Source: Polyangiales bacterium
GTDB lineage: Bacteria > Myxococcota_A > Polyangia > Polyangiales > Houyiibacteriaceae
DNA: 64,000 nt
Reading direction: 5' to 3'
Assembly: GCA_045106895.1 (NCBI GenBank)
Contig: JBGCFM010000049.1
Coordinates: forward strand, 1 to 64,000
Shown: positions 8,225 through 17,509 of the stretch, piece after piece
Position numbering within the stretch: position 1 is the first letter of the stretch
Layout: every line of letters starts with the position of its first letter
Notes under the pieces: generated by a model
Told to the model about the DNA's origin: nothing
The model's database searches: none
The model's input: the letters and a program-made list of their open reading frames with translations, nothing else
Made by a program: the position numbers and the translations under genes

Positions 8225-9868
8225 ATGAAGTTCCTCTGCGACCAATGCAAAGCGAAGTATCAGATCCCCGACGAAAAAATCGCGGGTCGGAACCTTCGTA
8301 TGAAGTGTCGCAAGTGCAGCCACGAGATCATTATCCGTGGACCCAAGAGTCCCGAGAGCATCTCACCGCGGGGTTCACGTCGGCGAGGTGGCTCTGGTGC
8401 AGGGAGCCGGCCTGCGCCGCCCCGTTCGTCCGCGCCTCGCTCGGCTCTCGGCGCTGACTTTCGTCGTGGGGGTGCGCTCGCTCAGGCGCCCGTTCCCAAA
8501 GCCGCCGCCGTCGAATGGTATGTCGCCATCAACGACGTACCCGTCGGTCCAATCAAGCGCGAAGAGGTCGCTCGCAAAATCGGGATGGGCGCCGTCACCG
8601 CCGCCAGTCTTTGTTGGCGCGAAGGTCTCGACGACTGGCGCCCGATGGGCGAGGTCCCGGAACTGGCGACTCTCCTCGAGCAGCGCCGCGTTCCAACGCC
8701 GCCGCCGCCGACGAAGCCTGCGAAGAAGAAACCCCTCGCGCCTCCACCACGGGTCGCAGCGCCGAAGCCCGCCAACGTCATCCCCATCGGGGGACGTCTT
8801 GGTGCTTCGCCCCCCTCTGACTTCGACGAAGACGAAAAGACCGTCATGTCGAGCTCGCCGTTCTTGGACGAGCCGGATGAAGCATCCGACCCAGTGATCG
8901 CGCCGATCGTGGCGCCGCCCCCGGCGGCGAAGCCCGTCGCACCACCGCCCGCCGCACCACCCGCGCCGATGGCCCCACCGCCTCCAGCTGCGCCGCCCGT
9001 TGCAGCACCGGTCGCAGCCGCGCCCGCCGTCGCTGCGGCGCCGGCCGCTGACCCGAGTGCTGCGTTCGCTGCGCCCCCTGCTGCGCTGGCTCCCGCCGTC
9101 GAGCCCGCTCGTAAGAAGGGCATGGCGCCCGGCGTGCTTATGGGCATCGCCGGCGCGGCGTGTTTCGGCATCGTCTTCGCCATCATGGCTGCTCAGCGCC
9201 TCTTGCCCTCTGGCGACCCAGAGCCCGTAGCCACCGCGACGACGGATCCCGTTGAGGAACCACGAGTTGCCGAACCAGAGATCGAAATCCCGGACGAGGT
9301 CATCGAGCCCGAGGTCATTCCTGAGACTGGCGAAGACCCGGAGTCCGAAGGAACCGGCGAGGTCGACGAGCCCGAAGACGAGACTGAGCCTTCGCAGATG
9401 GGCAGCACCCGGCCGACGACCACTCGCAACACCATGAGCACGAACTCCGGCTCGAGCACTTCGGGTATGACCCTGTCGGCCGAACAGCAGGCGCTCCTCG
9501 AGCGTTTCGGGTCGGGCTCCGGCGAGCCAGAACTCTCGATGGTCACGCTCAATATGGGCAGCTCGACGATGCGCGCTCAGCTGGATGACTCGGCTGTGCG
9601 CCGCGTGGTGAGCGCGCCGGCCAACCGAGCGATGCTTCAGCGCTGCTACAACACCGCGATTCGTGGTCACGGCGACCCACCGAACTTGCGCGTCGATATT
9701 CGGATCCGAGTGGCCGCGAGCGGTCGCGTCACGAGCGCTACGGCAAGCGGCGGAAACCTCGGTCAGCTCAAGAGCTGTCTCGAGACCAGTGTTCGACGGT
9801 GGCGTTTCCCCGCATCATCCGCAGGTGGCGAAGCCGCGTTCCCTGTCGTGTTCTCCGCTCCGGGCTGA
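8225..9868 (+). CDS. GltJ/AgmX-like protein: zinc ribbon, GYF_2, Pro-rich linker, TM, TonB-C-like (AgmX/PglI C-terminal) domain
   Basis: CDQC...CRKC. WYVAINDVPVGP...LCWREGLDDWRPMGEVPEL (GYF_2). TM helix. QRCY...SCL...RRWRFP. Confidence 0.8.
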   Translation: MKFLCDQCKAKYQIPDEKIAGRNLRMKCRKCSHEIIIRGPKSPESISPRGSRRRGGSGAGSRPAPPRSSAPRSALGADFRRGGALAQAPVPKAAAVEWYVAINDVPVGPIKREEVARKIGMGAVTAASLCWREGLDDWRPMGEVPELATLLEQRRVPTPPPPTKPAKKKPLAPPPRVAAPKPANVIPIGGRLGASPPSDFDEDEKTVMSSSPFLDEPDEASDPVIAPIVAPPPAAKPVAPPPAAPPAPMAPPPPAAPPVAAPVAAAPAVAAAPAADPSAAFAAPPAALAPAVEPARKKGMAPGVLMGIAGAACFGIVFAIMAAQRLLPSGDPEPVATATTDPVEEPRVAEPEIEIPDEVIEPEVIPETGEDPESEGTGEVDEPEDETEPSQMGSTRPTTTRNTMSTNSGSSTSGMTLSAEQQALLERFGSGSGEPELSMVTLNMGSSTMRAQLDDSAVRRVVSAPANRAMLQRCYNTAIRGHGDPPNLRVDIRIRVAASGRVTSATASGGNLGQLKSCLETSVRRWRFPASSAGGEAAFPVVFSAPG

Positions 9869-9884
9869 ACGCCAGAGCTGAACG

Positions 9885-10700
9885 CTAGAGCTGAACTGGG
9901 CGAGCCGCGTCGCTCGCCCACTCACTCCAGGAGCCAACGTATACGCGCGGCCGACCGCCTAGAAGCTGAAGCACGAGGGCATTGTGGCATGCGGTGACAC
10001 CCGAGCCGCAATACAGGACCACGCGGGAGTTCGTTTGGAATCCAAGAGACTCGTAACGATTCCGTAGCTCGGGCAAAGGGAGGATTCGTCCATCTTCGTC
10101 GGAGAGGTTCTCCGTCCACGGGGCGCTGAGGGCGCCAGGGATATGACCGGGTCTTGGGTCCAGCGAGCTGTGTCCTCCATAGAATCGAGCCGCGCTCCGC
10201 GCGTCGAGGACGAGGGCCTGGCCTCGCAGTTCGGCCACCTCATTGATTTCGATGAAGTGACTCTTCGGCCAGGGGCGTGACACGAAGCTCTCCGATTGCG
10301 CTGGTGTGTTCTTCCCTGCCTCGACTTCGGAGCGCCAGGATGTGACGCCCCCATCGAGCACGCCGCATGAGACCCCAAGGCTCTCGAGCATCCACCACAA
10401 ACGTGCGGCGCGAACCCCTCGCGCGTCGTCGACGACGATGACGACGCTCTCGTTGCCGACACCTACGCGCCCCATCGCAGCCGCGAAATCGGCCGCGGGT
10501 GGCAGGGGGCGCCGTGCACCGGAGCCAGGCACTCCCTCACCCGTCAGATCCTGATCGATAGCGATCCGTCGCGCACCGGGGATGTGTGCGCGCTCGAAGT
10601 CCGCGGCGCCGCGGACGTCCAAGACCATGACACGCTGTTGGTGCTCTTGAAGCCATTGAGCCGACACGAGGGGAGAGGGCAGGTTGAGAGCGTCGCTCAC
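9885..10700 (-). CDS. sseA: 3-mercaptopyruvate/thiosulfate sulfurtransferase (double rhodanese)
   Basis: HIPGA twice, active site YCGSGVTAC, C-terminal YVGSWSEW. Confidence 0.9.
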   Translation of the reverse strand: MSDALNLPSPLVSAQWLQEHQQRVMVLDVRGAADFERAHIPGARRIAIDQDLTGEGVPGSGARRPLPPAADFAAAMGRVGVGNESVVIVVDDARGVRAARLWWMLESLGVSCGVLDGGVTSWRSEVEAGKNTPAQSESFVSRPWPKSHFIEINEVAELRGQALVLDARSAARFYGGHSSLDPRPGHIPGALSAPWTENLSDEDGRILPLPELRNRYESLGFQTNSRVVLYCGSGVTACHNALVLQLLGGRPRVYVGSWSEWASDAARPVQL

Positions 10701-10804
10701 AGCTTCGAGCTTTCGCCGATTTGGCGAGGCGCGCCAGCCCGCTTCCCTGACCGTTTTCTTGGTAGGTCTTGGACCTACATGTAGGATGAATCGCCTGGAG
10801 ACTT

Positions 10805-11218
10805 ATGGACCTTAGCTTTGCCCCTCTTTTTACGCGCCGCTTTCTTCGTCGCTCCATCAAGACCGCCTGTCAGGTTGTGGCGGAAGATGGTTTTCGTCTC
10901 CTTGGTGAGGAGACCCTCGACCTCTCGGAGGAGGGGATGCTGATTCAAAGCTCCGCGAAGGTGGTGGTGGGCGAGTCCGTGATCCTCTCCGTGAAGATGC
11001 CTGGGGGCTCGTCGTGGATCGACGCCGAAGGCACGGTTCAGCGAGTGTTGTGGCGAGGCATTCAGCGGCGCGCCATCGGCGTGGAGTTCAAGACGCTCTC
11101 TTCCATCGATCGCGCTCTTCTCATCGGCGGGCTCTACCGAGTCGCCCCGGCCCTCGCGTGGCAACCTCGTGCACGACGACGGGACTACGCGAGCGCCCTG
11201 ATCCAGCTGGCCGTTTGA
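10805..11218 (+). CDS. PilZ domain protein
   Basis: RRFLRR (RxxxR) and DLSEEG (DxSxxG) c-di-GMP motifs, plus GVEF. Confidence 0.8.
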   Translation: MDLSFAPLFTRRFLRRSIKTACQVVAEDGFRLLGEETLDLSEEGMLIQSSAKVVVGESVILSVKMPGGSSWIDAEGTVQRVLWRGIQRRAIGVEFKTLSSIDRALLIGGLYRVAPALAWQPRARRRDYASALIQLAV

Positions 11219-11222
11219 GCGC

Positions 11223-12590
11223 ATGTCACGCTTTGGCTTGCGAGCGCAGCTGGTCGCGGCACTCACCGCCGCGTTCTTTCTCGCGTTCACGTTGCTCGGC
11301 GTGGCGGCAATTCAGCTCGGTCGTCGTAGCCGCGATTCCGCCCGCCTCGACGACGCGCGGGCGACCGCGAATACGTTTGCGGCGGCCCTCGCACAAGACG
11401 CGACGCGTTCGGCATTTCTGAGCTACGCCGACGCGGCCATCGGTCATGGCGGCATTCGCGGCGTGGTGTTGGAGCGTCCTGAGGCGGCGTCCTGGACACG
11501 CGGAGTCACCCACCTCGGAACGCCCGTCGGCGACGACGGTGGCCGGGTGCAGCTCTGGATTCGCCCGCCGGCGGGTGAGGGGCAAGTGTTCGGTCGCCTG
11601 ATGACGCTCTATGTCAGCGTCACCGTTGGCGCGATCCTCTTGCTGACGTTCTTGGCGCTCACGCGTCTCATCGTTCGTCCCGTCGAAGCGATGACCCACG
11701 CGGCACACCGCATGGCTGCGGGAAGGCTCGACGTGAGTGTTCCGGTGAGCGGCGCCTTGGAGGTGGCCGACTTGGCCGCGAGCTTCAACACCATGGCCAC
11801 ACAGCTCGCTGCCGAGAGGCGCGCGCTCGAGCGAAGATTGCTGCAGCTCGAGACGACAACACAGGAGCTGGAGACGGCGGAGCGCCAGGTGGAGCGTTCG
11901 GCACATCTTGCGTCCGTGGGTCGTCTCGCCGCAGGCGTCGCGCACGAGATTGGGAACCCGCTAACGGCCATCGGTGGTCTGGTGGAGCTCGCGCAGGACG
12001 AAGACTTGTCCGCGGAGAAACGAAACGAGTTCTTGGGGCGCGTCGAAAGTGAGACGGCGCGTATCCAGCGCATCATCCGAGGTCTCTTGGACTTCGCTCG
12101 ACCGGGCGAAGCCCTCGACAGCGAGCAGCGCGTCCGCCTCTCGGACGTGGTTCAGGCGTCCGTTACGCTCATCGCTCCGCAGCGCGATGCGTCGAGGATT
12201 CGTATCGAGCAGCGTGTGGAGCCTCAGTGCGAGGTTCATGGGACCTTGGATCTTCTGACGCAGGTGCTCCTCAACCTGCTGCTCAACGCCATCGATGCCG
12301 TCGACGGAGACGGCGACATTCTCGTCGAGGCCGGCGAATCGCCGAAGGGGGGCGTCGTGCTTTCCGTTACGGACAGCGGCGGCGGGATTCCAGCGCCGAT
12401 CTTAGCGACGCTCTTCGAGCCCTTTGTCACTTCGAAACCCGTCGGCAAAGGCACCGGCCTGGGCTTGGCGGTTTGTCACACGATTGTGGAGCGCCTCGGC
12501 GGCACCCTCACTGCTCAAAATATGGAGCTAGGTGCCCGTTTCGAGTTGTGGTTTCCCTCGCCGGAAGCGTCGCCCGACGAAGAAGCCTGA
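11223..12590 (+). CDS. HAMP-domain sensor histidine kinase
   Basis: Two TM segments, HAMP, H-box AHEIGNPL, N-box [24 protein letters not shown]. Confidence 0.92.
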   Translation: MSRFGLRAQLVAALTAAFFLAFTLLGVAAIQLGRRSRDSARLDDARATANTFAAALAQDATRSAFLSYADAAIGHGGIRGVVLERPEAASWTRGVTHLGTPVGDDGGRVQLWIRPPAGEGQVFGRLMTLYVSVTVGAILLLTFLALTRLIVRPVEAMTHAAHRMAAGRLDVSVPVSGALEVADLAASFNTMATQLAAERRALERRLLQLETTTQELETAERQVERSAHLASVGRLAAGVAHEIGNPLTAIGGLVELAQDEDLSAEKRNEFLGRVESETARIQRIIRGLLDFARPGEALDSEQRVRLSDVVQASVTLIAPQRDASRIRIEQRVEPQCEVHGTLDLLTQVLLNLLLNAIDAVDGDGDILVEAGESPKGGVVLSVTDSGGGIPAPILATLFEPFVTSKPVGKGTGLGLAVCHTIVERLGGTLTAQNMELGARFELWFPSPEASPDEEA

Positions 12591-12656
12591 GTTCGGGCGA
12601 ATGACAGGTGTGGCGGATCCTCCGAACTTCTTTGCACCACCAACCTGGGTCATGCC

Positions 12657-12959
12657 ATGATTCGCGTTGTGTCGGACGAAGATGACGATTTTCTGCATGC
12701 TGCGGATGAACCCACAGCGATGTGGGATGAAGGCTCTCTAAGAGACCTTGGTCTCGACATACCGATCGAGCAAAAAGAGACCGGCCCCGCCACGACCGGA
12801 ACCGGCGCTCACCGAGCGATCGGAGTGGAGCTGACGAGCGGCCCATCCCCGGCGTCCGCGAAACCAAAGGGATCGAGCGCGCTGCATTGGATCGTGACCA
12901 TCGCCCTCGCCGTTGGCTTGGGCGTCGGCGTGTTCTTCTTGGTACGCATGTTCCGCTAG
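12657..12959 (+). CDS. Small hypothetical protein with C-terminal TM anchor
   Basis: Acidic N-terminus and hydrophobic C-terminal helix. Fills the gap between genes. Confidence 0.6.
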   Translation: MIRVVSDEDDDFLHAADEPTAMWDEGSLRDLGLDIPIEQKETGPATTGTGAHRAIGVELTSGPSPASAKPKGSSALHWIVTIALAVGLGVGVFFLVRMFR

Positions 12960-12987
12960 AGCGAACCTCACGCCTACGAATCGTGCC

Positions 12988-14145
12988 CTAGCGGCTGAAG
13001 GGGATCTGCATCTGAAGCGAACCGCCTGGAGGGGCGGACAGGCGCCATGAGCTCACCTGCGCCGAGAGGCAGTTGCCGAGGGCTTCGTTGCCGGTGGTGT
13101 TGCGGGCGACGCTTGTGTTTGTGACGTTGCCGTCGGCACCGATCGTCATGCCGATCACAACGGTGCCACTCACAGACGGGTTGTTGCGTGTGGCGCGATC
13201 GAAGCATGTCTGAGCGCGAGAAGCATAGTAGCGGCGAATGAGAAAGCGAACGCGCGTGGAGTAGAGTTCCATCTCGATGTCGCGCTCTTCGGGGACCTCG
13301 ATGTCTCCGCTCATGCTCGTCGAGGTCATCGATGTCGTGGTGCTCGTCATCTCCGTCGGAGTCGTCGTCATGGTGGGCGTCGTCGTCATGGTCGGCGTCG
13401 TTGTCATGGTCGGCGTTGTCGTCATCGTGTTCGTGGATGTCATCGTGTTCGTGGAGGCCGAATTGTTCTGCGTCATCGATGTGGTCATCGTTGTCGTCGC
13501 CGAACTCATCGTCGCCGAACTCATCGTCGCCGAACTCATCGTCGCCGAACTCATCGTCGCCGAACCCATCGTCGCCGAACCCATCGTCGCCGAACCCGTC
13601 GCGCTCATCCCGCCCGCACTCGTGGCGACACCCGCCATGCCGGTGATGGAGTCGACATCCCCGTCACTCGGCAGCGGCGAACCGATGACGAAAGGGTCGT
13701 CCGCCTCGGCGTGGCCGTCCGCCGCGCCAGAACCGCCCATCGCGAGCCAACTCGCGAGAGCTCCGGCGCCAAGAAGCGCGATGGCGCCGAGGACGATCAT
13801 CGACCAGGTCTTCTTGGAAGACTTGACGCCAATGCCGGCCAGCGACACGCCCATCATCGAGCTACCGCTTGCGCTCAGGTCTGCGTTGTAGCCGTCGCGG
13901 CTCTGGCTGCTCGCTCCCGCGCCGCCGACCATGGTCCGTCCAGGGTCGTTCCTGGGCCCACTAGGCGCCGAATCTGGAACCGTGGACTCCGCCATGCTGG
14001 CGGCCATCTCCGCCGGCATCTCAGGCGCCATGTCAGGGTTGGTGAGAAGACCACCGGTCTCACCGGCTTTGGCCAGCGAGGTTCCGCACATGTTGCAGAA
14101 TCGGGCGCCCTCGGTGTTCTCGGCTCCGCAGCTTTGGCAGTACAT
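12988..14145 (-). CDS. Zinc-ribbon / TM / Met-Ser-Thr-rich linker / TonB-C-like (AgmX/PglI C-terminal) protein
   Basis: MYCQSCG...FCNMCG, TM helix, TCFDRATRNNPSVSGTVVIGMTIGADGNV...CL...W. Confidence 0.8.
   Translation of the reverse strand: MYCQSCGAENTEGARFCNMCGTSLAKAGETGGLLTNPDMAPEMPAEMAASMAESTVPDSAPSGPRNDPGRTMVGGAGASSQSRDGYNADLSASGSSMMGVSLAGIGVKSSKKTWSMIVLGAIALLGAGALASWLAMGGSGAADGHAEADDPFVIGSPLPSDGDVDSITGMAGVATSAGGMSATGSATMGSATMGSATMSSATMSSATMSSATMSSATTTMTTSMTQNNSASTNTMTSTNTMTTTPTMTTTPTMTTTPTMTTTPTEMTSTTTSMTSTSMSGDIEVPEERDIEMELYSTRVRFLIRRYYASRAQTCFDRATRNNPSVSGTVVIGMTIGADGNVTNTSVARNTTGNEALGNCLSAQVSSWRLSAPPGGSLQMQIPFSR
13495..13597 (-). repeat. 15-bp tandem repeat (~7 copies, [SG]SATM), with adjacent 18-bp TTTPTM repeats at ~13350-13430
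   Basis: cgtcgccgaactcat x4 then cgtcgccgaacccat x2 plus a partial copy on the + strand. Confidence 0.9.
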
Positions 14146-14346
14146 CGTCCAAAGCTTACGCGTTTGTCGCCACGACGCTAGCCGTCGAACCGGTGTATCG
14201 GCGCCTGGATTCAGCGGGGAGGTGAAACGAAAGGACTCTGGCGCGTTGAGCCCGCGATACGGCCTCCTCCCTTCTCTTCGCGACGTCGTCGCCGGAGGTC
14301 AGGTCAAGGAGGCCTGAGGCAGAACGCGGTGCCGGGCGAGAGAGCG

Positions 14347-15393
14347 CTAACTCGTGGCTTTTTGCAGTCGCTCCATCGCGATGGTGTCCGCTACGCGGTG
14401 CGTGGGGCTCATGGCTTTCTCCGCGCGCTCGGCGATTTCGTCGATGATCTCGTAGATGCCCATGACCTGCGCGCGCACCTTCGGCTCATCGTATCCGACG
14501 ACTTCGCCTGCGACGTTCATCAGGCCCCCAGCGTTGATGGCGTAGTCCGGGCCATAGGCGATGCCGCGCTGAAACAGGTCATCTCCGTGTTTTGGCATCG
14601 CGAGCTGGTTGTTCGCGGCGCCGGCGACGACCTTGCAGTTGAGCTGCGGGATCGTCTCGTCGTTGAGGGCGCTGCCGAGCGCACAGGGTGCAAAGACATC
14701 GCACTCGACGGCAAAGATCTCTTCGAGTGGGATGACCGTTGCCCCGAACTCGCGCTGCGCGCGCTCGGCTTTGAGAGGGTCGATATCCGCCACGGTGAGC
14801 GTCGCCCCGAGGGCGTGAAGTTCGCGGCAGAGGTGATAGCCCACGTGCCCGACGCCCTGTACGGTGACGGTGAGGCCCTCGATGTCGCTTCGTCCCAGCG
14901 AACGCTTCACCAGCGCCTCGATGCCGCGGCGAACGCCGAGCGCGGTGTACGGGCTTGGGTCGCCGCTTCCGCCGTTTTCGGGCTTCACGCCGGTGACGTT
15001 CTTCGTGACGGATCGGACGACCTCCATGTCTTCGAGGCTCGTGCCGCTGTCCTCGGCGGTGATGTAGTGTCCACCGAGGTCTTCGAGGAATCCGCCGAAG
15101 GCTTGGAAGAGCGCCGTGCGATCGAACTCGCCTTCGGGACGCATGATGACGGACTTGCCGCCGCCGTGGGGGATACCGCTGATGGCGGCTTTATAGGTCA
15201 TCCCCCGGGCGAGTCGAAGGGCGTCGACGATGGCTTCCTGCTCCGTGTCGTAATGAATGAAGCGGCATCCGCCGAGAGCAGGCCCCAGACGGGTGTCGTG
15301 CACAGCGACGATGGCGCGTAGCCCGGTGGCAGCGTCACGTTTTAGGTGAAGCTCGCCGTAGTCGTAGTGGGACATCTCTTCGAACACGCTCAT
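14347..15393 (-). CDS. ldh: Leucine dehydrogenase (Glu/Leu/Phe/Val dehydrogenase family)
   Basis: GPALGGCR, GMTYK, GGGKSVI, TAEDSGT, GDPSPYTALG, QGVGHVG, GAANNQL. Confidence 0.9.
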   Translation of the reverse strand: MSVFEEMSHYDYGELHLKRDAATGLRAIVAVHDTRLGPALGGCRFIHYDTEQEAIVDALRLARGMTYKAAISGIPHGGGKSVIMRPEGEFDRTALFQAFGGFLEDLGGHYITAEDSGTSLEDMEVVRSVTKNVTGVKPENGGSGDPSPYTALGVRRGIEALVKRSLGRSDIEGLTVTVQGVGHVGYHLCRELHALGATLTVADIDPLKAERAQREFGATVIPLEEIFAVECDVFAPCALGSALNDETIPQLNCKVVAGAANNQLAMPKHGDDLFQRGIAYGPDYAINAGGLMNVAGEVVGYDEPKVRAQVMGIYEIIDEIAERAEKAMSPTHRVADTIAMERLQKATS

Positions 15394-15449
15394 TTCGCTC
15401 TGCCTTTCGTCTGGGGACAACCTGGTTTTGACTTCGACGTTCCAGGTGC

Positions 15450-16079
15450 TCAGCGCGGACGATATCCCGGCGGCTCGCTGAAGCTGGCGGGAAAACGCAC
15501 ACCAAGGTGAAGACTTAGGGTGGCCATGATGCTGAAGTGACCACTTTGTATCTCTGGCGCCGGCGCGAAGGCGTTTGAAGGGGCAATTCGGCGCGCGGCG
15601 ATGCGGAGGCCGAGGCCATCGAAAGGTCCCGGGCGGGACAGGGCGAGGGGGACCTCGACGCTAAACCCGTAGGCAAAAGCGACCCCGCTGTCTCCAGGAA
15701 AGAACGCCGCGCCGAGCTCGATGCCGATGCTCTGGAGAAACACGTCCACCCACTCCTTCCCGGACCAGGCGTCCAGGAGGAAGAGCGCGGGGAAGAGTGG
15801 GCGAAGCTCGACCCCCGCGATGACGAAGGTCTGACGATCGGGCGCCCCACTGAGAGAGAGCACGGGCCCCGCCGCGTCGAGAATGCGCATGCGCACCTCG
15901 CCTTCGACCCGGAGTTCGCCGTTCGTCGAAACGCTCCCGCCCGCGCCGAGGGCGAAGACCAAGCCGTGGTCGAAACGCCCGTAGGCGCCGTCGTCATCAG
16001 CGTGGGCTCTCGCACACGTGATGAGGTTGGCGCAGAGAACGGCGAGGGCAACTCCGAACGTTTGAACGGCTCGCTTCAT
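15450..16079 (-). CDS. Secreted hypothetical protein, probable small outer-membrane beta-barrel
   Basis: Signal peptide (RAHA|D), alternating hydrophobic strands, ATGA coupling to upstream gene. Confidence 0.6.
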   Translation of the reverse strand: MKRAVQTFGVALAVLCANLITCARAHADDDGAYGRFDHGLVFALGAGGSVSTNGELRVEGEVRMRILDAAGPVLSLSGAPDRQTFVIAGVELRPLFPALFLLDAWSGKEWVDVFLQSIGIELGAAFFPGDSGVAFAYGFSVEVPLALSRPGPFDGLGLRIAARRIAPSNAFAPAPEIQSGHFSIMATLSLHLGVRFPASFSEPPGYRPR

Positions 16080-16669
16080 TCGTTCGTTTCCTCTTCGAGT
16101 TCATCTGGGTCACCGCGTCGCATGGCCTGCACCGCCATGATGGCCGGAAGCGCGACAAAGCCAAAGTCGATCTCGACGCCGCCGGTGATCTCTGCGGCTC
16201 CCGCGTCCGTGTCGAGGCGCGCGCTCACGTACACTTGGAGTCCGTATCCGTAGCGCGAATGAAAGTTGTAGCTCCGGTATCCCCAGGCGAGGGTCCCAAG
16301 GAAGAACGTGTCTCGCCGCGCGTCCTCATCGCGAAAGGCGTAGCCTGCGCCGAGTGTCAGAACCAAAGGAAAGCCGCGTGCAATCGGCATGAGCACGGCG
16401 AGGCCCGCCGCGGCTTCGAAGGTCTGAAAACGCTGAAACCGAAGGTCGAGGGCTGGGCCAACTCGAAAGTGCTCGTCGCCCGCCGCGCCGAAAAGGATCT
16501 CGCTGCGAAGCACAGTTTCGATGAGGAGGCCCGGCTCGGCGTTGTCTCCGAGACTGCCGCCGAGGCCAAAGCCCAAGCGCGCGCTCGCCTGAAAATCCGC
16601 TCGCCCGAGGGACGGATCCGTGACCGCAAAAATGAAGAGCGCAAGCGCGAGCGTTCGGTTCAGGGACAT
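16076..16669 (-). CDS. Secreted hypothetical protein, probable small outer-membrane beta-barrel
   Basis: Signal peptide and Gly/aromatic amphipathic strands. Confidence 0.6.
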   Translation of the reverse strand: MSLNRTLALALFIFAVTDPSLGRADFQASARLGFGLGGSLGDNAEPGLLIETVLRSEILFGAAGDEHFRVGPALDLRFQRFQTFEAAAGLAVLMPIARGFPLVLTLGAGYAFRDEDARRDTFFLGTLAWGYRSYNFHSRYGYGLQVYVSARLDTDAGAAEITGGVEIDFGFVALPAIMAVQAMRRGDPDELEEETNE

Positions 16670-16693
16670 GCGACTTCGAGACAGGGAGAACGC

Positions 16694-17446
16694 TTATTGC
16701 GTCCGCCACACGTAGCCGCCATCGATTTCGACGTCCCGCGTGCTGCCGTTGCGCTCGACGCTCACCGTCGAACTGCGCGACGACGACATAGAAATCGCAC
16801 TCGCCGCTTGCGCTTCGCCGAGCTCAGACACGCTCGTGCCGTCGATGGCGACGATGGCGTCGCCCACCTGGATCTCGGCGCGACCTGCTGGCGAGAAGCG
16901 CGCGACTTCGAGGACGAGGAGGCGGTCGGAGCGGACCTCGTACTCGAGAATGCCTACGCCACGTTCCGCGATGGGGTCGATGACGCGAAACATGATGACG
17001 GCGCGACCTTCGAGGAGCAGCTGGGAGTTTCCGTTGAGGATGGCGCTTCGCGGAAGCCCGCGGCCGCGCCAGGAGCCGATGATGGCAGGCTGACGGAGTG
17101 GGTCGCTGTCCCAGAGCTCGATGCGTACACCTTCGGTGCGCGGAACGTGGAGGTTTGGGCTCACGAAATCGTAGACCGGCTGCAGCGCGTTTTGCGCGGG
17201 CTCAGACTCGAAGATGAGCTCGTCGCCGCGGTAGATTCGAACAAAGGAATCCGGCGGGCTGCCGTCTTCATCCCAGGGACGTCCGCCGCGGTCTTGAGCC
17301 GGGATATCCGCGCCGCGAAACTGGATGCGAACCACCGAAGGCGGAGCGCCGCCCGTCGCGCCGGGCGATGGGCTCAGGGACGTCGAGCGCCGAGGAAAAG
17401 CACACGCTGCGGCGAAGCAGCACAGAAGGAGCAGCAGGCGAAGCAT
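16694..17446 (-). CDS. Lipoprotein with C2-like and PDZ domains
   Basis: Lipobox-like FAAAC. C2-like PDSFVRI...QPVYD...IELWDSD. PDZ GVGI...SPAGRAEIQVGDAIVAIDG. Confidence 0.75.
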   Translation of the reverse strand: MLRLLLLLCCFAAACAFPRRSTSLSPSPGATGGAPPSVVRIQFRGADIPAQDRGGRPWDEDGSPPDSFVRIYRGDELIFESEPAQNALQPVYDFVSPNLHVPRTEGVRIELWDSDPLRQPAIIGSWRGRGLPRSAILNGNSQLLLEGRAVIMFRVIDPIAERGVGILEYEVRSDRLLVLEVARFSPAGRAEIQVGDAIVAIDGTSVSELGEAQAASAISMSSSRSSTVSVERNGSTRDVEIDGGYVWRTQ

Positions 17447-17509
17447 GGAGCCGCCATGCTGCCACAAACGTGCTGAAACTACGAAACTAGTGCCCCCACG
17501 GGGCACCCA

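Noticed and set aside
13350..13600. CRISPR-like array
   Set aside because: Repeats are contiguous, in-frame and coding, with no spacers and no cas genes.
13277..13891. Hydrophobic repetitive ORF (VAELI repeats)
   Set aside because: It is the reverse complement of the SSATM/TTTPTM repeats, not a membrane protein.
14285..14320. SRP RNA (TCAGGTC resemblance)
   Set aside because: Lacks the GGAAGGAAGCAG domain IV continuation.
14329..15321. 330-aa + strand ORF
   Set aside because: Antisense shadow of leucine dehydrogenase.
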